Assembly (NCBI GenBank): GCA_964035545.1
Contig: OZ037768.1
Location: 21,063,700 to 21,127,699, forward strand
Source: Bugula neritina
Lineage: Eukaryota > Animalia > Bryozoa
Reading direction: 5' to 3'
Length of the DNA: 64,000 nt
This document shows positions 24,470 through 59,935 of the stretch, one piece after another (the stretch's first letter is position 1; every line of letters begins with the position of its first letter). The notes beneath the pieces were generated by a model. That model ran no database searches. It worked only from the letters and a program-made list of their open reading frames with translations, and was not told the DNA's origin. The translations under genes were made by a program, and so were the position numbers.

Positions 24470-27400
24470 TTGACGAATTTAAATTTTTACATTAAGAAAA
24501 TCAAAATGCTAAACACAAGGTAAAACGTAACGAAGACATAGCAGTGGCTGTATTGTTATATAGGTTTGTAGGTGTAAATTAATATATAAAAAAAACCATA
24601 ATGTAATGTAAAAACATAATTTATAGCAGATGCATGAAATTTTTGTTGGGTGACTATTCTCTATGGGTATTTGTATATTATTTACTATAGTACTTAAAAT
24701 ATAAATAGGCTACAGAGTTTCTAGGTTTTGTGGTTGCACAGTAAGAATTTTTTTGAGTGTCGGCAGGTTGATAAGAGTTCATTTCGCTTGTTTAAAGTAC
24801 ACATGTTAGGTTTGTATAAAATAAAGAAACATTCCCATAGGCATAAATTACACCTTTTGGTAGTTGTGTTGTATGGTTTCGCTTTTCTTAATATTTTCCA
24901 GCTTATGTTGTGCTTAATGTTTTTGTTAGTTAGTTGCCAAATGTGTTTGCTAAGTTCTGTTTGATTTGCTTTCTCCTTGTTTTTAAATGATGATCTGTGG
25001 TTTGCGTATCTTAGTTTGAACGGTCCTTCACTTAGGCCAATGTATGTTGCAGGCTCGTTTTCGGTAGTTTCCACAGTTGCTTGGTATATAACTCTGCTCT
25101 CCTGGCAGTTTCCTTTCAGCGGACAACTTTCTTTTTCTCTACAGTTGTAGTTTTTTCTGGGGGTTTTGTTTTGTTGCTTCTGTTTCTCTAATAGTCTGAT
25201 ATTGTGGGCATTTATGGTCTGTTTTATGTTTGGCATGCAGCTGTAGCTAACCTTTATAGTGTTTTTGTTGATTATTTTATAGAGTGGGTGTTGTTTTGGA
25301 AATTCCTCATTCATGATTTTAAAGAAGATTTTTGCAATTCTTGTGGTTACATGTTGGCTGTATGGTGGATTGTACCAAAAAACTTTTTTTTTTCGGTTTC
25401 GAGATTTCTGTTGTGTGTTGTTTGTTTGGGTTCTTGGTAGGAATTGTAGTTGGTGTTTGTAGCCACTTTGGTTTAGGAGGTTTTGGTGGTTGTAGGTGGA
25501 TTGTGTGAAAATTTTCTCGTTAGATGATATTGACGACAGTCGTTTATTAACGGACGAAGGTAGGTTGGAGATTATGCTTGCTGGGTGGTTGGATTTGTTA
25601 TGAATATATTTAGTAGAACTGTTTGGCTTAGTGTATGGTCTGCTCTAAATTCGGGCAGCAACTGTGGCTGAGTTTGAGTGTGTTTTTATTAAATATTTTG
25701 TGCAGTGGGTTTTTGGTGTGGAATATATCTTTTATCAGCTTGAGGAATATGGAGCCGATTTTTGTCTTTACATTGCGGCTATAATGTGGGTTGTACCAGA
25801 TGACTCGTCTTTGTCGTATGGGTTTGATGCTTGTATTGGTGTTGTTCGTGTAGTCTTTGTATTTGAGTTGGTAATTATATCCACTTTTAGCTAACGCATC
25901 TTGATATTGTGGGATGGCATTGTTGAAAATAGTTTCATTAGTAGATATGTCACAAAGTCTGCGGTTTATGGATTCTGGTATGTTTTTCAGTAAGCTAGGG
26001 GGATGGTTAGAGTCTTTGTGTACATACAGAGGAATGTTGTTGGGCTTAGAGTATGGTGTATGATGTTTCTTGACCAGATCTAGGGTGACATCTAAATAGT
26101 CAGTTGTCTTAATATTAACATCTATGGTGATCTTTAGACCGTGTGACTGGAATAATATATGCAGAGATCTTTTTTCAGTATTTCAGCTAGTTGTGGTTTA
26201 AGATCTGTTACTCCTAGCCCAGCATCTCGATATAGTCCAATATTAGCTTTAAACTTTTGTGAGATTGTACTTAATAAAAATAATCCTACTAATTCACATG
26301 TTTCAGCACCAGCGTGTGAGCCCATAGTGACGTCAAACAAATTATCTGATTGTCTTTTACCCCAAAATGAGTTGTCATGCACCAATATAGATTTTTTTTT
26401 TGTGCAATATGATATTCCGTTCGTGGTTGCTGACTGCAGTATGCAAGTTGGCAAAGTCGAGAACATCTGATAGTAGCTTTGGCGATATAGATGGATAAAA
26501 TGCCACGATATCGAACACGATAAAAGAGTGCCTGTTTGTGGTGGTTAAATTGTTAAACCAATGTAAAACAGCAGATGTGCTTTTCCACTGATTTAGGCCA
26601 AGTTTGCTGTTTATCGTTGAATTAATTCTGTCAAGTAGTTGTTTACTCACCCTACCTATCGCTGGTTTAGTGGGGTTATTAAGGCAGCAGGTGGGGTTAG
26701 TTATGTAGTTAGCCTTATGGTCCTTGATAGTAATGAAGGCGGGATTCTTAGCTGTTATAGTGATTCTGTCTTCAAGTTCCAATTGTTCAGCCATGGCTTT
26801 GTCCTCACTAGTGATGTTGGAGACTTTGTCATTTGATATTTTCTTATAGGTTTTAGTGATGTTGTTAGTTAAGAGTCTGTCATACGATTCTTTATCCATC
26901 TTGTAGAAATTGTTGCTTTTATCTGCAGGCACTATTATATTGTCGCTCTTGGTTATTTTATGCTTGATATCAGAGGATAGCTTGTCTTGAAAGGTATTGT
27001 GGACGTGTCTAAACTTAACAAATCGGATCATGTCAGCTAATCCTTGCTCGAAACTTTGCATAGCTGTGATCTGTGGTGTGGAATTTTTAGACCTGAATCC
27101 ATAAGTTTCCTACAACAACCTTGCTTCCTTCAGGCACCCAACCAAGCGCTTGCAAACTGAGTTAAGCAAACACATCTGGACCTTAAAAGACAAAGGTCTG
27201 GATTTTACCATATTCTGGAAAATTCTCAGAAAAGCTCAACCATACAATAACATCACTAAAAACTGTCAGCTATGCTTATGGGAAAAATATTTCATTCTTT
27301 ATAAGCCACAGTTGTCTTCCCTCAATAAGCGCAATGATTTTTTATCTATATGCAGATATAGTAGTAAATTTCTACTCAAGAATGCTGTAACATAGCCAAT

Positions 27401-27496
27401 TACTTCCAATGCTATCTCTTTGTTATATTTTGATCTTCTAGCTTTATTCTGTGTATATTTACATATTACATTATTTATAGTTGTAAGCAATCATAG

Positions 27497-27560
27497 TGGC
27501 AAATTTATCTGACGAGTGCACATCGTTTTTTGTGTACGAAACTACTCGTAATAAATGCCA
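27497..27560 (+). ncRNA. Minimal type I hammerhead ribozyme in the inverted Penelope fragment
   Basis: TGGCaaATTTAT CTGACGA GTGCACA loop TGTGTAC GAAA C tactc G TA ATAAATGCCA. Predicted cleavage after 27550. Confidence 0.85.
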
Positions 27561-27588
27561 TTATATTAATCAAATCTCATTTTATTTC

Positions 27589-27783
<195 letters not shown>

Positions 27784-28115
27784 TGTACTGGCAAGGTAGG
27801 CTGACATTTAAAATAAATAATATATAATATGGTAACGTATAGGCTAAGAAATGTTACATCACAAACTATTGAGAGTTTGTGTTGTAATAGTTGAATATAA
27901 GAAATTCTATTTTTAACTCTGCACATTTCCTACATTAATTTTTTGTGGAAAAGTTATTAATAATTTAAAAATATATTGTATGATTTTTTATTTCTCTCTA
28001 AATTCAGCTATGACATGTGCCATGAGGAGATGCAACAGACTGTGTCATACTGAAGAATAATGGAGAGCTCATTACTTACTGTATCTAGACTACCTTAACA
28101 CACAGAGTCAGCAAC

Positions 28116-48548
<20,433 letters not shown>

Positions 48549-50587
48549 ATAATCTTAGCCCTTTGAAAAACTATAGTTGCCTGTTATTCTATATTCCTGC
48601 CCCTCCTCCTCTCTCTCTCTATCTACTTGGAGGCTATGCTAAACACAAACTATTTTATATTTCTAGATGCTAGTGGTTTACCGATTCTCTTATAATAGTA
48701 TAGATTTGGTTTTACGTATATCACAACTTCTGTGTCCCTGAAAGAGTGTAGAACTTATTATTTTCAAATATTATAGTCACATATTTCCACTGCTTTATAT
48801 ATACATTTATTTTCTGATGATTATGTTAACAGAAGCCTGTTCGTGACTCTATAAACGCTAATCAAAAGAGTTATTATAGCTACATCATATGTATTATATG
48901 ATATTGTTTCCAAATCTTTGATCTATTGGTTTGATTTATCCATATTCAACTAGTGATTCAAATATAGTCATATTTATATTACTATATGTTATGTTTTGCT
49001 TTGTTATCACAAGTCTGTAGTAACAGTTACAAATATGCAATATTATAGATCATTTTGTTTAAATTATAAAGTTATCATTTGGCTAGACCACTTTTTCTAT
49101 TTAATGCAACAAATTCCTGCTTTAGTTGATAAACTAAATAAGCTTACAGTGGTATGATATTCATATAATATGCTAGCTGGTTCAAACCTAGCACTTACAA
49201 AGTAAAGCCTGAAAAAAAAAACAAAAGACAGATAGACAAAATGTGTGGGCTTTTCTAAAAATAGTTTCGATTGGTGACAGCAATAAATTAAATACACGGG
49301 ATTTTTGGGGAACCATTATTACAGGCACAAAAAAACAAGTAAAAGTAACTATAGAAGAAAACTTTAAATTCTAAGTATGTTCGTATCAATCTATTGCATA
49401 ACTATAAAACTAAACTCTAGCTATGCAATATAGCAAACTGACGCAATTTTCTAAGAAAACAAATTAATATCAAGTACTGGTCGGAAACTGCATGATTAAT
49501 AAATAATAATTAACTCATTGGCAGTACTTATTTATCTAATAACAATTGCCAATTATACAAATTTTTGTGAAAATTGAAACTACAATTGCATAACATAATT
49601 GATAGCATCTTTACATGCACCACATGCAGAACTGTGTAGTGTTTTTATTGCAACCATAGCAGAGATCAGCATTTGGAGTTTTTTTCCTGCTTTAAATAAA
49701 CAGTATTATTCCATGAGTCTCCAACTCTAGATGTTAAAAGTCTCATTCACTTTTACAGTAGTTACTATCGCATGTCTACCATACATTCTATATACCCTAG
49801 TATGAAATGTAGTCATAAGTATACACTTGTGAAACCTTGTAAGTTCAGCACAAAAATATGTATAGTTTTCTTCAATGCATCTTCATAATACTATTTTGCT
49901 CAACTATGATTATAACATATGATTGAGTGATGGTTGGACAAAAAGCTAGTTCTATATAGTGGTAGATATATACAGTCAGAATTGAAATTGTAGGGCCACC
50001 CACAAATAATTTTTGTTGCCATAGTAATTCATATTTTGCTCAATGTTTACAAAGAAATACAATACAATATTCCGCCAAAGGAAAGCTAAATAATATGTTC
50101 TCTGCAAGAATACATTAACTTCTCCTTGTGCTATCAATATTTAAAAAGTACAAGAGTTATTATCTACCACAATATAACTTGATTAAACTAACTAAAATAT
50201 GTTTGCTTTTCATATGCTATAGTAAAATACTGCTTTTAAAATCTTCAAACTTTGTTTTCTAAAAAAGCTATATATTTATGCTTGCTCTGCATTTTCAAGC
50301 TAAAAATAAAAGCCAGTTTTTAAAAAAGTTTTTTTTCTTAAAAAAAGCTTAAGCTACATATAATTGATATATTTAACAGCCCTTTTGGTTTGGTTGCAAT
50401 TCAGAAGACCTAAACACGTGTGTGGCAACATTACCAAGAAAGTGCTGTTTGAAATAGATTACCTTATTTTATTCAACAAACTTTTTTAAGGGGTAGCTGG
50501 GGAAATTCTAAAGAGCTGAATTTCAAGTGGCAGTCTTTATTCCACTATAAATTCAGCAACTTCAGTATTTAGTTCTACTTCTAGACA

Positions 50588-52312
<1,725 letters not shown>

Positions 52313-53249
52313 ACGAGAACTTATTTCTAACAGCTATTGTCAAATTCTTTACACTCATTTCTAGTGAATGAATAATAGTTGTATAGTAATGAATATATCA
52401 GCATGTACTTTTGCATCATTTATTTAATAGAAATTTATATTCAAAATGATGAACTTTGTGCATTATTTATTTAATAAAATCTTATGCTCAAAATGATGAA
52501 CTTTGTAATGTAGCTAGTAATTATCAGGTTTTTATGCATTCTACTTGACAGTTCTTATATATATAGCAGCATGCTTTAAAGGCTGCAAAATAAATCTGAA
52601 AATGTTTAAGTTGAATTCAATGGTTTGAATAAAATATCACAGTTCAGCAGAGTCTATATGCTCTACCATCAGTATGAGAGAACTACCACAAGAGATGATA
52701 CACTTGGAATAAATATCTTTATTTGTTATATACATAGATTGATACAAAACTATAATAACATTCTGTGTATCTTGTAAAACCCTAGCTGTCTGTGTTGATT
52801 ACAAGTCTGTACTGAAAATGTCTTACATATAAAATAAACTAGGTTTTAGATTTAACAAAATTAGCTCTAAATACCTCTGCAGTAGTAAAACTATTTTATG
52901 ATAAATTATACAATTTATCTCTCCACCCCTTTAGGGGCGTTTAATGTAACTTAAGGGGTGGGGGGAAGCGTTAAGTCGGCTGCATGGCATATCAGAAAAT
53001 ACAGTTTCATATTATTGAAATAAATTTAATATCAGTTGAACCTAATTTACAACCAAAAGATTTTTTTGTGCTAATAAGTAATAAGATATTAAGTATGATG
53101 AGATTTTGTTGAGTTTTAGTTGTAAGCAAGCTATCTATAAATGATATGTTGCTCTTCAAACTACATAGTGCTATATAATCGAGTCACTACATTTAATTTT
53201 CTAAAGTTAAGCCTAAAATGTGGGTGATGTTGGGCTGATCTTTGTAATT

Positions 53250-53929
53250 ATTTCAACCTATTTACTTTAACCTTGCTGCAGCCTATATTTACTGTAGCCT
53301 ACATATAACTTGACCTATTTATAGTGTTTATAAATGAATAAACAAATGCTGACATACTTATAAATAAGGCTATCTGCCATAATGTGATTTTCATATCTCC
53401 AGACACAGTATATATTTGCAAGTTATGGGTGGGCGTAGATTTGACAACCAGGGGATTCCCCTTAATATATAAAATCTATAACATGTAATTGATAATGTTA
53501 CTGACATTTTGAAATAATAGTAAGTTTTAGAGGGAGATAATCTGGCTACACTCCTATCATGTTGCCGTAGCTATGAACATGCCTTGACGTAGTCTTGTTA
53601 GTAAGCAATGGGCTCCTCTATCATAATAGTATAAGTAGTGTTATCATTTTGACGCAATAGCTGTGCTGTCCACCAGTTTCCTCTCAATGACAATCAAGTG
53701 TGAGTATATAATATAATATATATCTTATATTTCCTGTAATTTGGTAAAATTGCACTAAACGATATGGTTTTCTCTATCTGCTATATTCTGATCATGAAGT
53801 TAGTAGTTAAATACTATAAGTTATTTAAGGTTCTTTTGGTTGCAGAAAACTTTTATTTGGCTTCACAACTCAATTTAAATTTTCTGCTAATAATGAATGC
53901 ATCTGGAACGGTATTGCGATATAGACTAT
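53250..53929 (+). promoter_or_regulatory. Putative promoter and first exon of a second Roco-caspase paralogue, with kappaB-like site GGGGATTCCCC (53451-53461)
   Basis: Homologous to about 20300-21450. TATAAGTA at about 53630; ATG ACA ATC AAG T|GTGAGT at 53687-53699. Confidence 0.45.
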
Positions 53930-54317
53930 TGTGGTAAATTTATGTTGTGTGTGTGTGTCCTTTGTTGCCGAGATCGGCACTTCGGTCCTCCGAAACACCG
54001 ATATGCCGATTCTCGGCATATCGGAATACCGAAGTGCCGAAATGCCGTATTTGGCATTTCGGATTCCCGAGGTGCCGGTATTCGGCATTTCGGGCCTCCG
54101 ATCTCGGCAAACAAAGGAATGTCTTTGTTCTGCATGTATATAAAAGCCAGCGAGTTTCAGTGTAGATTCAGTCTACTACTGGAGCTCGCTGGATACAGAC
54201 TATTGGATCACTCGGACTACAATAAAGCTATCTTATCTTCTACCTTATTTCTCGCCTTGTTTCTCATAACAAGCATGTAAAGCACTAGTTTCATTCATAA
54301 CCCACAAAACTATCACA
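53930..54317 (+). repeat. 5' LTR
   Basis: Direct repeat of 61525-61912; TATATAAAA and AATAAA present. Confidence 0.96.
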
Positions 54318-54318
54318 T

Positions 54319-54336
54319 TGGTGGCAGCAGTGGGAT
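54319..54336 (+). promoter_or_regulatory. Primer-binding site, tRNA-Leu-like
   Basis: TGGTGGCAGCAGTGGGAT lies 1 nt after the LTR and is complementary to a ...ATCCCACYGCTGCCACCA 3' end typical of tRNA-Leu. Confidence 0.8.
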
Positions 54337-54368
54337 TCTACGAATAGCTAGTTGCTGAGAGGAATAGG

Positions 54369-55268
54369 ATGGCCCCAGGGGACCCAGCCCCTGAGGCAGC
54401 AGCACCGCCAGCCCTCACTGTTGAGGCGCTGGTCACAGCCCTCCAAGGATTGCGGGGGCAAGGACAGGCATCACCTGGTGACAGGTATCGCCTCCAGCCC
54501 CCGACTTTCGGAGGAGATGGAGACGTGGAACAATTCATCAAGGAGTTCGAGGGCGTGGCCACCACCGCTGAATGGCCAGTACGGGTGCGCGTCCTCCAAC
54601 TCCGGGCCTGTCTGACAGGCCGGGCCAGGAACTTCGCACTGGGACCCGACGAAGCCCACATCATGCGGGCTCTTAGGGCCTGGTTCGGTCTGACCACGGA
54701 AGAGGCGTCAGACCAGCTACAAGTGATGAGGAGAGACCGAAGGACATCTCTGGAAGATCACGCTAACGAGGTAGAGCGCCTGGCTCAGGCTGCTTTCGGT
54801 CACGCCACTGGCGAAGATCGGAAGCGCCTCGTTTTTAACGCGTTCTTCCGGAGCGTGAACCACCCAGACCTCCAGCGGTACTGGCTGGCCGCAAAAGTCA
54901 AGAGCCTGGACGAGGCACTAGAGATGGGGAAGGCCTACTTCCAAGTAGAAGAACCACGGAGGGCGAACTACGCAGCTCGCCAGGTGGCCGGAGATACAGA
55001 AGAGGTACCCCCAACCCCACAAGTGGCAGCAGCAGCTACTCCGTCGCCTGAGCAGACGCAGCTCAACATGCTGATGAGCATGATGAAAGGCCTGCAGGCT
55101 ACGGTGACGGAGTTGCAGCGCAACCAGGCGGACAGGCGGGCTCCCCGCTCGCGGGACGACCCTGTCTGCCCCCCTCTGCCCACCTGTTGGGAGTGCGGGA
55201 TGCCAGGACATGTGAGAAGGCACTGCCCTAAGGGACAGAAGCCTTTAAACACTCGAGGCTCACGGTGA
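54369..55268 (+). CDS. gag: Gag, 299 aa
   Basis: PPTFGGDGDVEQFIKEFE capsid-like start; CCHC knuckle CWECGMPGHVRRHC. Confidence 0.93.
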   Translation: MAPGDPAPEAAAPPALTVEALVTALQGLRGQGQASPGDRYRLQPPTFGGDGDVEQFIKEFEGVATTAEWPVRVRVLQLRACLTGRARNFALGPDEAHIMRALRAWFGLTTEEASDQLQVMRRDRRTSLEDHANEVERLAQAAFGHATGEDRKRLVFNAFFRSVNHPDLQRYWLAAKVKSLDEALEMGKAYFQVEEPRRANYAARQVAGDTEEVPPTPQVAAAATPSPEQTQLNMLMSMMKGLQATVTELQRNQADRRAPRSRDDPVCPPLPTCWECGMPGHVRRHCPKGQKPLNTRGSR

Positions 55269-55287
55269 ATTCCGCCACCCGTGGGCC
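55244..55287 (+). promoter_or_regulatory. -1 programmed ribosomal frameshift signal
   Basis: Slippery T TTA AAC in the gag frame, 6-nt spacer, stem GGCTCACGG/CCGTGGGCC; pol is in the -1 frame. Confidence 0.8.
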
Positions 55288-58200
55288 CCACGTCAATCCG
55301 GTCCGGGATAGGACTCGGAGGACAACAGAAGAGACCTCTCCAGAGTCGACCTACATCGAGTGGCAAGCAAACCGGAGATCTCGGAGACCGAAAGGCCTAC
55401 CCGATCCTCCTGCCATGCCACTCGAAACCCGGATGGAGCTAGAAGAAACCGGATGGCAGGCACCTCGGAGATCTCGGAGACCGCAAGGTCTACCCGATCC
55501 TCCAGCCTGGCCACTCCGTAACCGGTTCGCAGGGTTGCCCGAGGAGGTTGTGGAGGAGGATTCAGCTTACTCGCAAGAGTACCCCAAGCTACCCTCCCGA
55601 CCTCAGAAAACCCCCGTTGTCTCTAAGACGAAGAGGAGGCCCGCTGTGCAGACCCAAGTTGTGTCTCCCCCAGAGACTGACCGCTCCAGGAGCACCCAGC
55701 CGTACGGAAGCAGCTACTTCCTGCCCGGAAAGATTTCGGGTAAAGCTGCCACATTCCTACTGGATACTGGGTGTACTACCAACCTGCTGAGTCGGCGTCT
55801 CTTTGACACTCTTGGGGTTCGAGAGCGGGCGAGCTTCGAGCCGTATGAAAGTGCGCATGGTACGTTGGCGGACGGATCATGCATTCCTTTCTACGGCGTC
55901 ATCTCACTGCCTGGACGCGTCCGTGATCAAGCAATTCACGAGACGTTCATAGTCAGCCAGCTGAAGGAGGACGCCATCTTGGGAATGCCCTTCCTGGAGA
56001 AACACCAGTGTCACATGGATTTCCAGAAATCAGTGGTGGTGATGGCTGGGAAGGAACTTGTCTGTGTTGACAAGTTTGGCAGGCCCTTGGTGGGCGGAGT
56101 CCAGGTAGTGCGGGACTGCACGGTTCCGGGGAGGTCCCAGGCGACTCTCCGATGCAGAGTCAACTGCAAGGGGATCGCCGGCCTGGGGATGGTTGAGGGA
56201 ACGCACGGAGCCATCCGACTAGCAAACAGCCTGAATCGGCTAGATTGTCGGCAAGAGCTCCTCGTGCAGTGCATCAACCCCTTCACGGAACCTGTCCGAT
56301 TATCGGCCGGAGCGCTGGTGGGGAAGTACCACTCCATCCAGGAAGCGGATGTGGGTCCGGCACTGGAGACAGTGGCCGACACCCAGGGGAACCTCCCTCA
56401 CACCAGACGAGGAGCAGTCCCGGAGCACCTGGCTGACCTGTATGGTGGAGCATGCGGAAACTGTACGAGTAGTACTGAACGCCAAGTACTGGCTCAACTA
56501 CTCGCGGAGTACAGTGATGTCTTCAGTCGTGGCGATGAAGACATGGGGCTGACTAAGGTTATCTCCCACGAGATACCTCTGGCAGCCGGCACCACTCCCA
56601 TCAGGCAGCCTACCCGGCGTCTAGGCCCGGAGAAGGAGAAGGAGGTGAGCCGACAGGTACAGGATCTTCTGGACCGGGATCTGATTGAGCCTGCCCACGG
56701 TGCGTGGAGCTCCCCAGTGGTCCTGGTCAAGAAGAAGGATGGTAGCTGGAGATTCTGCGTGGACTACCGCAGACTCAACAACGTTACCATCCAGGACGCC
56801 TACCCTCTCCGACGGATAGATGAGTCTCTAGATGCCCTCGCGGGTAGCAAGTACTTCAGTACTTTGGATCTGCTTAGCGGGTACTGGCAAGTGCCCCTCA
56901 GTCCTGATGCCCAGGACAAGGCAGACTTCATTACTCGCGACGGGCTCTGGAAATGGAAAGTACTGCCGTTCGGACTAACGTCCGCTCCGGCAACATTCCA
57001 ACGGCTCATGGAGCAAGTCCTCAGTGGATTACACTGGAAGACCCTCCTCATCTATCTAGACGATGTCATTGTCATCTCCCCAGACTTTTCGACTCATGTC
57101 AGTCGTCTGCGGGAGGTCTTTGACCGTCTCCGGGCAGCTGGACTGAAGCTGAAGCCCTCCAAGTGCGCACTCCTGCAGCCAGAAGTCACGTACCTGGGCC
57201 ATGTGGTTGGCCGTGATGGGGTCGCTACCGATCCAGAGAAGGTACAAGCTGTGAAGGAGTGGACTGTCCCCCGTGACCTCCCTGAGTTGCGTGCATTCCT
57301 GGGCCTAGTAGGGTACTACCGGCAGTACATACCTGGTTTCGCAGGAGTGGCTCAGCCGTTAAATCGGCTGACCGCAAAGGGAGTCCGGTGGCAGTGGACA
57401 CAGGAGGAGCAGCAGGCATTCGACCACCTCAAGCAACGGCTAATGGAAGCGCCAATCCTGGCGTATCCTGATCCAGCCAAGGAGTACATCCTGGATATCG
57501 ACGCCAGCGACCACAGCGTGGGAGCCGTCCTGTCTCAAGTCCAGGGTGGAAGTGAGGTGGTCGTGGCTTACTATAGCAAGACTCTCGCGGCCGCCGAGAA
57601 GAACTACTGCACCACTAGGAAGGAACTCCTAGCAGTAGTCAAGGCGGTCAAGCACTTTCGGCCATATCTGTATGGGAAATCGTTCCGTTTGCGAACAGAC
57701 CATGCATCACTGATATGGCTGTGTAAACGTGCAGAGCCCTCGAGCCAGGTGGCTCGTTGGCTAGAGATTCTTGCCGAGTTCTCTTACCGGATAGAGCACC
57801 GTGCAGGCCGGAAGCATGGGAACGCCGACGGCATGAGCCGCCGGCCGGTAGAGGACTGTAAGCAATGCCTGCACATTGAACAGCGGGACGGGGGACCCGC
57901 TCGCCTTGACGTGGAAGCGGAGCTAGTGGAGGGCACCGCCTACCCGTGGGAGCACGGCCATCTTCGGACCGAAACCCACCAGGACGGTGTCCAGGCGCTC
58001 CACGCCAACCCTACTCTGCACCAGAACGTCAAGGAGCTGTGCCGACTCCAGGAGACGCCACCCGGCGCGGTAGCGGACATCTTCCGGGCCAAGAAGGAGG
58101 GCCGATGACCTAGCGAGGAACAGCAGCGGCAGGGAGACGTTGAGTTCCAACTCCTCTGTCGTCACTGGGATGCCCTCAAGGTCAGCCCTGACGGCCTCCT

Positions 58201-59935
58201 GATGATAACGTTAGCAGCAGACAACCGCCAGCAGGAGAGGGACCGCGTCGTCTGCCCACGCGCCCTCCGGCGGGAACTGATCTGGGACACCCATAAGCAG
58301 GCTCATGCTGGAGTCAGTCAGGTCATCAGGTGTCTGCGGCTGCGTTGGTATTGGCCCGGAATGACTCGGGACGTACGACTGCGGGTACGGCAATGCGAGG
58401 TCTGCCAAGCTAGCAAGCATGGCCGCCCCACGGAAACCACTGGTCGACGCCGGCTGTACGCTGGTCAACCGTGGCAAGTAGTGGCGGTAGACCTCGTCGG
58501 GCCTATGCCGTTATCCGCCAGAGGGAACACCTGGATACTGGTGCTCACGGACCACTTTACCCGGTGGGCGGATGCTCTGGCTATTCCAGACGCAACCGCC
58601 CCCACGGTGGCCCGGACCCTGGACCAACATGTGTTCTGTTACCTCGGTTTGCCCGAGCAGATACATATGGACCAGGGTGCCCAGTTTCAGTCCCAGCTCA
58701 TGGGAGACCTCTGCCGGATATGGGGGGTGAACCAGAGTCGGACCACCCCATATCACCCGCAAGGGAACGGAGTCGTCGAGCGGAACAACAGGATGTTGGG
58801 TGACGCGCTCCGGAGCCTGCTCCTTGGTCGAGGTCAGGAAGAATGGGACATGGTGCTGCCGCAGATCATGCGGGCCTACCGCAGCACACCACACTCCGCC
58901 ACACAGGAGACCCTAAACTTCCTGATGCTAGGCCGAGAGACGCGGGTCCCGGAACACCTGACGTACCATGTTCCTGCCCCCGAGTCATCGGTACACGAAT
59001 ATGTAGAGGGTCTGATAGACATCATGGGCAAAGCTCATGATGCGCTGCGCACCCAGCAGTGGCAGACCCGCACAGAGGACTCAGAGGAGCCCCCGTTGTA
59101 CCAGGTGGGAGACTGGGTCTGGATGGTGAGCTACCGTAGGCGACGCGGACAGTCGGCTAAGCTTCAGCCCAAGTTCGTCGGTCCCTACTGCGTAGTGGAG
59201 GTGCTGCCCAACCACACGTACTGTGTGGAGCGCTCTGGACAGATCTCCGTCCAGAGCGAGCAGCGCCTCAAACCTTACCATGCCAGCCCAGATGCGGTGG
59301 GTCAGGCTCCACCCCTCCTGGAGCCCCACCGTCAGCCCAACCAACGAGGACGGGCCACCCAGCCCCGAGAGGTGGAAATTATGGTTCCCAGGGAGACGGA
59401 CCAGGAGCAGGCCGCCTTGATAGAGCAGCTGGAGCGGCAGCAGAGAGAGGAGCGGGAGCAGGAACAGCAGCAAGCCCTAGGATCACCACCCTTCCTGGGG
59501 GAGGACACCCCCACCCCCATATGGGGTGAAGGCGGGGACCCCCCTACTAGGGCAGCCCAGGAGCCACCAACACCACCGGTGCCTGTTCCACTTGAGAGGA
59601 GCCAGCGGTCAAGAAGACCCCCCAGGTACCTGGCAGACTATGCTGTAGGGCACCTGGAGTGGCCCCCTCACGAGGACAACCCCCCCGTACTGACTACCAC
59701 CCCATCTTGGTTGGAAATTCCCTCCATCACCCCGGAGAATTCCACCAAGAAGAAGAAATGGCCGACCGAATTTCGGAAGACACTCGATCACGCGAGTTGT
59801 CTTTTCGAAATCCGGGGGAAATTCCCACGGGCCACGCAACTCGGGCTTCAGCAGGCAATACTTCTGAAGCACGAGGTTCGGCCATTTCTAGTTCTGATTT
59901 CACACAGCTCGCACGTCAGTTACAGCTCAAGTTAA
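55265..59935 (+). CDS. pol: Pol (protease, RT, RNase H, integrase) interrupted by one in-frame TGA at 58106-58108
   Basis: LLDTGC; LPFGL, YLDD; DAS, ELLAVV, TDH; H..AH..CEVC, VDL/DQG/ER, GPY. ORFs 55265-58108 and 58202-59935 share a frame. Confidence 0.93.
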
